The position numbers and the translations under genes were made by a program. Below, piece after piece: positions 28,845 through 36,840 of a stretch of 64,000 nt of DNA. The first letter of the stretch is position 1, and each line of letters starts with the position of its first letter. Under the pieces are notes generated by a model. It made no database searches. It had not been told where the DNA came from and saw nothing but the letters and a program-made list of their open reading frames with translations. Location: the IMG/VR virus record IMGVR_UViG_3300030503_000566, positions 21,558 through 85,557 of that record; one strand, 5' to 3'. The DNA comes from a virus.

Positions 28845-29150
28845 ATGATAATTACATTAATTATACTATTGGTATCCATAGGATTAGGATATGGTCTATT
28901 TACTTCCCATTTCTTTTATTGGGGATATAATATTTTATCCCTAAAGTACCCCTATTATAATTTTGGTGTCTCTTTTAAGGGTTTTCACCTAACAACTTCC
29001 GAGGGTAAACAGTTCCTACGAAATACTTTTATCTTAGGGCTTGTACTGGTTGAGATTTGGGTTTCCTTTTATATAAGAATTGATGGTGACAAAATAGAAC
29101 AAGAAGATGATATTACAACTATCCCCACCCCTACCTCTCTGGTCAGTTGA
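28845..29150 (+). CDS. membrane protein
   Basis: Hydrophobic N-terminus and a second hydrophobic segment. Confidence 0.6.
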   Translation: MIITLIILLVSIGLGYGLFTSHFFYWGYNILSLKYPYYNFGVSFKGFHLTTSEGKQFLRNTFILGLVLVEIWVSFYIRIDGDKIEQEDDITTIPTPTSLVS

Positions 29151-29376
29151 TCACCAAGAGGAGTGCTATGCTTTTATAGCCTTAGACTATGGTATTGAGG
29201 ATTTTATGTATTTTGTAGTAGCATTGGAGAAAACAGGAGAGATTTGGGTTATACCCTCCTCTAAACTTAGAGCATCAAAGAATTTCACTGCTGGTAGGCC
29301 CTCACTCAATAAGGAACCCTACTCAGCATATTTACAACATGGATCGCCGGAGATCAAACCACTTGCAAAGGATTAA
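29107..29376 (+). CDS. hypothetical phage protein
   Basis: MILQLSPPLP...LDYG...TGEIW...LR..KNFT.GR. Confidence 0.7.
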   Translation: MILQLSPPLPLWSVDHQEECYAFIALDYGIEDFMYFVVALEKTGEIWVIPSSKLRASKNFTAGRPSLNKEPYSAYLQHGSPEIKPLAKD

Positions 29377-29377
29377 A

Positions 29378-30112
29378 ATGAGGACGTACTATTGGACTAA
29401 AAAACCTAATTTTGGAGATCTCCTAACCCCTCTTCTATTAAAGAGGTTTACGGGCTTGCCCTCCACCCTCTCTACTCCACAGGATGCTGAATTAGTTATG
29501 GTGGGTTCTATCCTGCATCATTTATCATCTGACTATAAAGGGGTAATTGCTGGGTGTGGTGCTTTACAACCACTTCATTATTGGTTTCCTAAAGCTAATA
29601 TATTAGCAGTAAGGGGGCCATTGACATTACACTCTATTAAAAGTAAAAAGGGCTATATAGTACTAGGTGATCCGGGGTTATTAGCTGATGAACTTGTGCC
29701 TCCTCAAGATAGGATATATGAGTTGGGAGTAGTACCACATTGGAGTGATACACAACTTGCTAAAGATGAACGCTTTACTAAATATGATCCTAAGATTATA
29801 GATGTAACTCAAGACCCACTGAAGGTGATTACTGAGATTGCTCAGTGTAAAAAGATTGTCTCCTCATCCCTACATGGTATCATATTAGCAGATGCTTTTT
29901 ATATCCCTAGGAGGATTGAATTGGCTCCCGATATGATAAGTAATCCTTTTGAGGGGGGAACATTTAAATGGGAAGACTATTCCCTCTCTATAGGTATGAA
30001 ATTTAAGACAGGGCTTACACAGGAACCTGAAAGAAATAAAATCACAGAACGGCAACATGAACTTTATGATGTTATGCAGGAGATCAAGGGAATTTTTAAA
30101 AAGACTATATAG
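29378..30112 (+). CDS. polysaccharide pyruvyltransferase family (ExoV-like)
   Basis: NFGD.L, VGSIL, AVRGPLT, GDPGLL, GVVPH, SSSLHGIILADAF.IP. Confidence 0.88.
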   Translation: MRTYYWTKKPNFGDLLTPLLLKRFTGLPSTLSTPQDAELVMVGSILHHLSSDYKGVIAGCGALQPLHYWFPKANILAVRGPLTLHSIKSKKGYIVLGDPGLLADELVPPQDRIYELGVVPHWSDTQLAKDERFTKYDPKIIDVTQDPLKVITEIAQCKKIVSSSLHGIILADAFYIPRRIELAPDMISNPFEGGTFKWEDYSLSIGMKFKTGLTQEPERNKITERQHELYDVMQEIKGIFKKTI

Positions 30113-30113
30113 A

Positions 30114-30998
30114 ATGTTTTTTAAGAAGAGACCTGTTATTTCCTTATTGATACCCTTCTCCTCGAAGGACCCACTTAGAAAGAAGAACTTCAAGTGGCTT
30201 CTTCAGTATTGGAGGTATGAGTTACCTGAGGCTGAGGTAGTTGTAGGTAAATCCTCCTCCAAGATCTTTTGTAAAGGAGAGGCACTTAACGATGCAGCCT
30301 CAAGAGCTAGGGGAGATATATTTGTTATACTGGATGCAGATGCCTACCTGAATGGATATATACTTAGGGAGTGTGCTAATTCAATATTGCAATCACTTAA
30401 GGAGGGATACCCTTTGTGGTATGTACCTTATAGAAATCTGTATAGGCTAAAAGAGGGTATAACTAAAGCTGTAGTAGCCTCTAATCCTCGTAATCCCCTA
30501 AGACTAACCCCATTAGATAACTGGATTTTGGCTGAGGAGGGTGGTGCTAAAGCAAGATATGGACATAGGTATGGTGCTATGTGTATGATGTTCCCTAGGG
30601 AGGCCTATGATCTTATAGGTAACTTTGACGAGAGATTTAAAGGATGGGGTGGAGAGGATGTTGCTCTACTCAGAATGCTGGATACTCTATATGGGAAACA
30701 TAAAACAGTTGAGGAGAATATATATCATCTTTGGCATCCCACTATAGGTGATAGCTATGATACTAGGAGATGGGTGGGCCAAGATTCTGGATCTATAAAT
30801 TGGTCACTAGCAAAGCGTTATAATAGGGCGGTTAGATGGCCCTCCCGTATGCAGGAGATACTTGAGGAGAGTCAGTACTATTATAAGTACAAGGTTGAGA
30901 GTAAGGATGAGTATCCTGACTATGAGACTGCTGTAAAGCGAGGACATCTCCCCTCCATAGAGAATATTAGAGATCTTTTAAAAAGAATAAATAAATAA
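30114..30998 (+). CDS. GT-A glycosyltransferase (GT2 with GT7-type C-terminus)
   Basis: ISLLIPF, KG.ALN.AA..A.GD..VILDAD, GNFDERFKGWGGED, YHLWH. Confidence 0.88.
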   Translation: MFFKKRPVISLLIPFSSKDPLRKKNFKWLLQYWRYELPEAEVVVGKSSSKIFCKGEALNDAASRARGDIFVILDADAYLNGYILRECANSILQSLKEGYPLWYVPYRNLYRLKEGITKAVVASNPRNPLRLTPLDNWILAEEGGAKARYGHRYGAMCMMFPREAYDLIGNFDERFKGWGGEDVALLRMLDTLYGKHKTVEENIYHLWHPTIGDSYDTRRWVGQDSGSINWSLAKRYNRAVRWPSRMQEILEESQYYYKYKVESKDEYPDYETAVKRGHLPSIENIRDLLKRINK

Positions 30999-31000
30999 TT

Positions 31001-31804
31001 ATGGCAAGTACTTTCAGCGTAAAAGGTTATTGGAAACATAAGAAATTAGGTAGGAAGGCTGTATCAAAAGCACCTACCTTAAAACTATCTAAGTATTTGA
31101 ATTATAAGTCATTACCTCCTATTCCTGCTGAACTAGAGAGGTATACCTCCCTCACAGATTGGACTATGATGGGTAATGATACTTATGGTGATTGTACCTG
31201 TGCTGCTGCTGGACATGGGATTATGGCTTGGACTAGTGAGTACTCCCTCATTACACCTTCAGAAACTTCTGTACTTGCGGTATATACTGCCGTAACTGCT
31301 AAGGAGTGCTCATGTGCAGGTTTTAATGCTACAACTGATGCTAATGATAATGGTTGCATTATTACAGATGTTCAGGATTATTGGAAGACGGTAGGTGTAG
31401 ATGGTCATAAGATTGATTTATATACCTCAGTAGATATTACCAATCATGGTGAGGTTAGAAATGCCACCTACCTATTCGGCCTATTGAATATTGGACTGGC
31501 TCTCCCATTAACTGCTCAGGATCAACCTACTTTATGGGATGTAACTGATACCACCCTTAGTGGTAATGCTGCCCCCGGTTCTTGGGGAGGACATGATGTT
31601 ATTATAGTAGGGTATAACGCAACTACTCTAGATCTGATCACTTGGGGTGAGAGGATTAAGATGACTTGGGCTTTTTGGAATGCTTATGTAGATGAGGCAT
31701 ACGCTATACTTGCACCAGATTGGTTCTCAACCTCTTCTCCACATCACATCTCACCAACAGGCTTAAGCTTGGCACAGTTGGAGGCTGATATGAAACTAGT
31801 TTAA
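31001..31804 (+). CDS. papain-like cysteine peptidase
   Basis: GNDTYGDCTCAA (catalytic Cys), GGHDVIIVGY (His), ITWG. Confidence 0.75.
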   Translation: MASTFSVKGYWKHKKLGRKAVSKAPTLKLSKYLNYKSLPPIPAELERYTSLTDWTMMGNDTYGDCTCAAAGHGIMAWTSEYSLITPSETSVLAVYTAVTAKECSCAGFNATTDANDNGCIITDVQDYWKTVGVDGHKIDLYTSVDITNHGEVRNATYLFGLLNIGLALPLTAQDQPTLWDVTDTTLSGNAAPGSWGGHDVIIVGYNATTLDLITWGERIKMTWAFWNAYVDEAYAILAPDWFSTSSPHHISPTGLSLAQLEADMKLV

Positions 31805-32257
31805 ATTATCAAACTCCCAATGACAGTTTGGGCATAAACCTCTTAAATTATCAGGATGGTTTATTTCAGATAATTTTGTATCTGGAGAGAATGAAGATAC
31901 TGCTCTGATATGACAGGCTTCTATATGTTTATCATAACCGCAATTTTGACAAGATACAATTCCTAATTGTTTAAGAATAGATCTAGCTCTACTTCGTACT
32001 AGAGCGAAAGCCGAGCTTCTATGATGTTTGATATAAATTGCTTTTTCTAATGTGAGATCATCTATTTGAGGAATTGTTCTTATACCTCTGCAATCTTCAC
32101 AATATGTCCAAGCAGATCGTATAGATCTGCCACAATTTTTACAATTTCCTTCTTTTTTTCTTCTTGGGTTAAGTTTATTATTGTAACTTACAGAGCAAGA
32201 ACGAGAACAAAATTTAGGATTATTAGTTTCTTCGTTGCAATTTATACAGTTATTCAT
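31796..32257 (-). CDS. HNH endonuclease with N-terminal Zn fingers
   Basis: CxxC...KFCSRSC, CQNCGY...EACHI...N..DNL..LCPNCHWEFD; likely start 32257 (alternative 32323). Confidence 0.88.
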   Translation of the reverse strand: MNNCINCNEETNNPKFCSRSCSVSYNNKLNPRRKKEGNCKNCGRSIRSAWTYCEDCRGIRTIPQIDDLTLEKAIYIKHHRSSAFALVRSRARSILKQLGIVSCQNCGYDKHIEACHIRAVSSFSPDTKLSEINHPDNLRGLCPNCHWEFDNLN

Positions 32258-32259
32258 TG

Positions 32260-32332
32260 GGAGATATAGTTCAACTGGAAAGAATAGAGGCCTTCTAAGC
32301 CCCTGATGATGGATCATCCCCATCTATCTCCT
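32260..32332 (+). tRNA. tRNA-Arg (UCU), atypical T-loop, possibly degenerate
   Basis: GGAGATA/TATCTCC acceptor stem, GAGGC-CT TCT AA-GCCCC with one mismatch, T-arm GATGG-ATCATCC-CCATC. Confidence 0.7.
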
Positions 32333-32363
32333 CAAATATATGAATTGAAAGTGAATGTACAAA
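32333..32363 (-). promoter_or_regulatory. Bacteroidota-type promoter for the HNH gene
   Basis: Minus strand TTTG-N19-TATATTTG. Confidence 0.6.
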
Positions 32364-32406
32364 ATTTATTTTTTATTTAGATTCGATTCCCAAATGAGGC
32401 CTTTAT

Positions 32407-32479
32407 GGCGGGTTAGAGAAGTGGTTATCTCGCTAGGCTCATAACCTAGAGATCGTTGGTTCGAATCCTTCACTCGCTA
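32407..32479 (+). tRNA. tRNA-Met (CAU; could be Ile2)
   Basis: GGCGGGT/ACTCGCT acceptor stem, CTAGG-CT CAT AA-CCTAG, GGTTCGAATCC; two T-stem mismatches. Confidence 0.85.
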
Positions 32480-32481
32480 CT

Positions 32482-32568
32482 ATGATAAGTGTATTAGAAG
32501 GAGTATTGATTATATTTGTATTTTGTTACATATGTTACAAGGTCATGAAATGGGTAATCAACGGGTAG
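32482..32568 (+). CDS. 28-aa single-TM microprotein
   Basis: MISVLEGVLIIFVFCYICYKVMKWVING, followed by a 13-bp hairpin at 32560-32595. Confidence 0.45.
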   Translation: MISVLEGVLIIFVFCYICYKVMKWVING

Positions 32569-32697
32569 TTCGGTAATATATACGAACTGTCTGTTATTCC
32601 GTACAAAATACCGAACTTTGTTTGTTATATCAGACATTAAAAAGATTTGGCTATTCCGTAAAAAGTTCTTATCTTTATATTCACTAAATTATTTTAT

Positions 32698-32784
32698 ATG
32701 TTAACAGTAATTGTGGGCGTACTCGCTTATTTTGCAGGGGTGATTACAGTATATGTGGTTAGAAATAATAAGAATAGTCTATAA
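32698..32784 (+). CDS. 28-aa single-TM microprotein in its own transcription unit
   Basis: MLTVIVGVLAYFAGVITVYVVRNNKNSL; TTTG-N20-TATCTTTA at 32646-32677 upstream, terminator downstream. Confidence 0.55.
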   Translation: MLTVIVGVLAYFAGVITVYVVRNNKNSL

Positions 32785-32818
32785 GATATTAATCTAATTA
32801 GTCCGTCCCATTGCAGGT

Positions 32819-32856
32819 AACTCTCTAGCCCCTAGGCTAGGGAGTTTTTTGTTTTT
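32819..32856 (+). terminator. intrinsic terminator
   Basis: AACTCTCTAGCC-CCTA-GGCTAGGGAGTT followed by a T-run. Confidence 0.8.
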
Positions 32857-32910
32857 AATAAAAAACTTTGCTCTATATAGCATTAATCCAAAAAGATTGC
32901 TATAATCAAT

Positions 32911-32941
32911 TTTGTTAGGATTGTAATACTTACTACCTTTG
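32911..32941 (+). promoter_or_regulatory. Bacteroidota-type promoter of the packaging operon
   Basis: TTTG-N19-TACCTTTG; 17-bp motif just upstream at 32870-32886. Confidence 0.7.
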
Positions 32942-32962
32942 TTCTCAAACCAGTATAACTAA

Positions 32963-33313
32963 ATGGGTGATTTTCTTGTACAGACGCTCAAAAAAGAGTT
33001 TGAGGATCCATTGGAGAAAGCGGAGAAATATTATTCCCTTCTTTCTGTATGGAATAACCTATATCTTACCCAAAGAGAAATTGAGCTTTTGGCATATACT
33101 GCTGTGGAGGGTACAATCTCCTATGGAGCCTCTAAAGAGAAATTCTCCCAGTTATATAACTCATCACCAGCCACTGTTAATAACATGATTTCCAAGTTAA
33201 AGGGGATGGGTTTATTGGTTAAAAATGGGGGTAAATATAAAGTTAATCCAAAGATTCAATTAGACTTTTCTCGTGAAATAGTTCTTGGTTTTAAACTTAT
33301 TGATCATGCTTAG
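32963..33313 (+). CDS. winged-helix DNA-binding protein
   Basis: LTQREIELL...SPATVNNMISKLKGMGLL.K....YKVNP. Confidence 0.8.
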   Translation: MGDFLVQTLKKEFEDPLEKAEKYYSLLSVWNNLYLTQREIELLAYTAVEGTISYGASKEKFSQLYNSSPATVNNMISKLKGMGLLVKNGGKYKVNPKIQLDFSREIVLGFKLIDHA

Positions 33314-33761
33314 CCCCCATGAGGATATAAAGCCTAAGAATCTTAAGCTTCATGATTTCCTTGTCAGGAAAACAGGAGTGAAGTTGATGATAGATGAAAC
33401 TGTTGTGGAGAAGGTTATCTCCTTTGAGAAGAGGGGAATTCATCAAGCTCTAAAGGAGTTCACAGAAGTTGAGATCTCTGGTTTTGGAAAACTCTTCATC
33501 TCACCCGTCAAACTACATAAACGGATAAAGAAACAATTATATATAATTGAGTGCTTAGAAGCTAAAGCCGCTAGGGGTGAGGATGTTACTAGGGGGATGG
33601 AAATTGCTACAAGAGACTTAGAATTTTATCAGAAAAAGCTAGGAGATTATGAAAATAGATGTACGGGGAATATTAGAGGCTCTAAAGAATACCCACTTTC
33701 CAGCGAAAGAGTTGAAGGAATTGATAGATCAAACAGCGGAGCAGAGGAAGGAGATATGTAA
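33306..33761 (+). CDS. HU/IHF-like protein
   Basis: VEKVI....IHQAL....VEISGFGKL. Confidence 0.7.
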   Translation: MLSPHEDIKPKNLKLHDFLVRKTGVKLMIDETVVEKVISFEKRGIHQALKEFTEVEISGFGKLFISPVKLHKRIKKQLYIIECLEAKAARGEDVTRGMEIATRDLEFYQKKLGDYENRCTGNIRGSKEYPLSSERVEGIDRSNSGAEEGDM

Positions 33762-33996
33762 TACTTGTCCTTTTTTCTCCCCGAATGCAGAGATACAAGG
33801 TTATAAACCCTCAGTTCCCCGTTTTGATCAGCACTGTATCAGTTGTGGGTGTAGTATCTTTTACAAGACTAGATGCCTTTCTTGTGAGTGCCCGCAAGGT
33901 AAATGGGGGGCTGTTGTCACAGAAGTAGAGGATCAGAAGCTATTTGATAGAGCAAAGGAAGAAAATGAAAAGAGTAATAAGAAACATACCAACTAA
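33649..33996 (+). CDS. Cys-rich Zn-binding protein
   Basis: R.EICNTCP...CISCGC...KTR.L...CPQGKW. Confidence 0.7.
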   Translation: MKIDVRGILEALKNTHFPAKELKELIDQTAEQRKEICNTCPFFSPNAEIQGYKPSVPRFDQHCISCGCSIFYKTRCLSCECPQGKWGAVVTEVEDQKLFDRAKEENEKSNKKHTN

Positions 33997-34479
33997 AGAT
34001 CTTCTACTGTTATTGGCTCAGGCCAATAAATTAAGCTGTCCTTTTGTCGATCTAGGTTTTGATACAGAGAGAAAAGTAGTCAGTGTTACTCCTATTACTA
34101 CTGCTGAGGGTAATAAAAGATTTGATCAAGGCAAGGAGGGAACTAGTATGGAAGACTTAATAAATGAATCATGAGCAAAGTTACTGAGCACTCTCAGATT
34201 ATAGAGATACTGAGACAACTAAAGGTAGAGTATCCCAATCAGGGGATTGGTAGACATCTCTCTAATATACTCTCTGATTACCCAAATTACTGGGGAATGT
34301 CAGATAAAGAATTTTTATTTGCATTAGAGAAGTACAAATTTGAGTTAGATGATAATCACTTACCCCCAGAGAAAGAAATTGAAAAACTTGTAGATGAATC
34401 TTCATCTATTGAGAATCTTAGAGAAGGTATTGATGAGTATACAGAATTTGATGAGGAGGGGGATGATTATGGCGACTAA
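33965..34479 (+). other. two small ORFs upstream of the terminase (33965-34174, 34171-34479)
   Basis: Coupled ORFs in the packaging operon. Confidence 0.6.
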
Positions 34480-34804
34480 AAAGAATAACTATATAACTGC
34501 TGAATTAGACTTTGCAGAAGAGCAACTTGCTACTTGGAAGCAATATATATTAGACCGGCCAGTAGATCAATTAAAAGATAGAATTGAGTGGAAGCAAACT
34601 AAGGGTGGGGGGATGATGCCTATGGTTATCGCCTCTATAGAGGCACAAGGTAAATTCCTACAAGAGACTCTCAAGAATTATCTCTCATTATTAGAGGTAG
34701 TAAATAAGTTAAGAGAACAAGAGGAGGCTAAAGTTGAAGCTAGAGGAGGCAAGGAGATAAAGGGTGGAATGATGGGTAGACTTGTTAAAGGAGAAGATGA
34801 ATGA
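34469..34804 (+). CDS. helical protein, candidate terminase small subunit
   Basis: ATGA-coupled directly upstream of TerL; function inferred from position only. Confidence 0.45.
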   Translation: MATKKNNYITAELDFAEEQLATWKQYILDRPVDQLKDRIEWKQTKGGGMMPMVIASIEAQGKFLQETLKNYLSLLEVVNKLREQEEAKVEARGGKEIKGGMMGRLVKGEDE

Positions 34805-36840
34805 GCATAATTACATCACCTGAGTTTTTTAGAAATGTCAAGAGACCTCCAACTCCAGATTCTGCGGAGTATGAGCATTTCTTTGAATATGAATTGGATA
34901 AAATCAAGTATGGTGTAACCATTAATGGAGTCTTTATAGATCCTTGGCTCTATTGGCATCTTAATCATTGGAATATTTATATTAATGATAAAGATGAGAG
35001 AGATGACTCTACCAAAAGAGTGTTTACTCACCCTACTCCCAGAGATAATGAGTGGGCCTTGGCTGAGGCAAGAGCAGAAGCTATTAAGCAGAAAAAAGGA
35101 TTAGTAGCTATTGGTATTCGTAGGTTTGGTAAATCTGAGATAGAGGCTTCTATTATAGCAAGATCAGCAACTATTTACCAAGGTTCTGAAAATGTTGTTT
35201 CCTCCGGTAATGATAAAGATTTAGGGCTTATAACTGATAAACTTGAGAGAGGCCTGACCTCCGTACACCCTTATTTTCAATGGCAAAGGGTAGAGGATAA
35301 TTGGAAGAGGCAGGTTACACTAGGGATAAAAAAGAAAAGTGGTGAGAAATTACCATTCTCTTATATATTAATAAGGAACTATGATGATGGTATCAATAGT
35401 GAAGCAGCCGCAGGTATCACAGCCAAAGAGTTTATTATTGACGAAATTGGAAAATTCCTCTTTCTTCGAGCATTTGAGGCAGCAATGCCAGCTTTTACCT
35501 CAGAATTCGGGTGGATATGTAGTCCTCTCCTTGTAGGGACAGGAGGGGCTTTCGAGAAAGGTAGTGATGCAGAGAAGGTTTTCTTAGATCCTGAGGGACA
35601 TAATATGCTAGGTTTCCAATGGAAGGAGGAACCTAAGAAAATTGGTTTCTTTGTTGGGCATAAAAATAGACTTGAGGCCAAAGTGGATACTACACTGGGG
35701 GATTGGATAACTACAGAGAAGGGAATTATAATCCCCGCAGGTTCAGAGCTTTACACAATCCCCTTTAAGGCATCTGATGCTGAGAAAGCTGAGAAAATAA
35801 CTGATGAGAAAAGAGCACAGAAGAAAAAGGCTAACGATCCTCAGGCTTACCTTAAAGAAGTAATGTACTTCCCCAAGAATCCACAGGAATGCTTCTTAAC
35901 TCTAGGTAATTCGTTCTATAATAGTGAGATGGCTAGAGCACAAAAGGCCAGATTACTCTCTATGGGTAGGAATGGTACCCCCGTAGTCCTCTTTGAGGAT
36001 GGGCAGGAGATAAAACATCAGTTCTCAGATAAGGGTCCAGTAATGAATTGGCCAGCTAAGGCCATGGATGATAAAGATGCTCCTATTATCATATATGAGT
36101 TTCCAATGGAGAATCCACCATTTGGATTATATGTAGCTGGTGTTGACCCTTATAAACAAGATCAGGCTAAGTACTCAGAATCCCTTGGGTCTGTTTACAT
36201 TTACAAAAGAATACATGATATTCTCGGAGAGGGATATAGAGATGTGTTTGTAGCCTCCTACGCAGCAAGACCTAAAAATATTGATACGTGGAATGAACAA
36301 AGTCGTCTCTTAATAAAGTTCTATAACGCTAGAACATTATGTGAGAATGAGGATATGGGATTTATTAACTATATGATTTATAAGGGAGATGGGCATTTTA
36401 TGGAGGATCAACCTGAGTGGTTAAGGGAGATAGTCCCCAATACACAGGTGAATCGTAAGAAGGGGATACATCGTTCCTCTTCCCAAATAAGAACTTATCT
36501 ACACTCAGTTCTTAAACATTATTTCGAAGAGAAGATAGGTGTTCGTCGTAATGATAAAGATGAAGTTATAGGTGATGTGTTAGGAATAACACGAGTACCT
36601 GATGTTATGTTATGTGAGGAAATTGCCCGTTTTAATGAAGAGGATAACTTTGATAGAGAAGTAGCAGCTTCTCTAGCAGTAGCATTAGCAAGACATCTTG
36701 ATCCTCAATTTGTTGTCTCATCTATAGAGAAAGATATTAGAATAAGAGCTTATTTTGATAGAGCTAAATCACAACAGAATCAAAGCTTCATAGATAGAAA
36801 GACCCCAAGCTTCTTAAATAGGAAGACTAAATTTGTATAA
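34801..36840 (+). CDS. terL: terminase large subunit
   Basis: RRFGKS Walker A, IIDEIGK Walker B, VGTGG, nuclease AGVDPY, CENE, NFDR. Confidence 0.92.
   Translation: MSIITSPEFFRNVKRPPTPDSAEYEHFFEYELDKIKYGVTINGVFIDPWLYWHLNHWNIYINDKDERDDSTKRVFTHPTPRDNEWALAEARAEAIKQKKGLVAIGIRRFGKSEIEASIIARSATIYQGSENVVSSGNDKDLGLITDKLERGLTSVHPYFQWQRVEDNWKRQVTLGIKKKSGEKLPFSYILIRNYDDGINSEAAAGITAKEFIIDEIGKFLFLRAFEAAMPAFTSEFGWICSPLLVGTGGAFEKGSDAEKVFLDPEGHNMLGFQWKEEPKKIGFFVGHKNRLEAKVDTTLGDWITTEKGIIIPAGSELYTIPFKASDAEKAEKITDEKRAQKKKANDPQAYLKEVMYFPKNPQECFLTLGNSFYNSEMARAQKARLLSMGRNGTPVVLFEDGQEIKHQFSDKGPVMNWPAKAMDDKDAPIIIYEFPMENPPFGLYVAGVDPYKQDQAKYSESLGSVYIYKRIHDILGEGYRDVFVASYAARPKNIDTWNEQSRLLIKFYNARTLCENEDMGFINYMIYKGDGHFMEDQPEWLREIVPNTQVNRKKGIHRSSSQIRTYLHSVLKHYFEEKIGVRRNDKDEVIGDVLGITRVPDVMLCEEIARFNEEDNFDREVAASLAVALARHLDPQFVVSSIEKDIRIRAYFDRAKSQQNQSFIDRKTPSFLNRKTKFV

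Noticed and set aside
32380-32403. A fourth tRNA
   Set aside because: Only a T-loop-like fragment (TTCGATTCCC) is present, with no D-arm or anticodon arm
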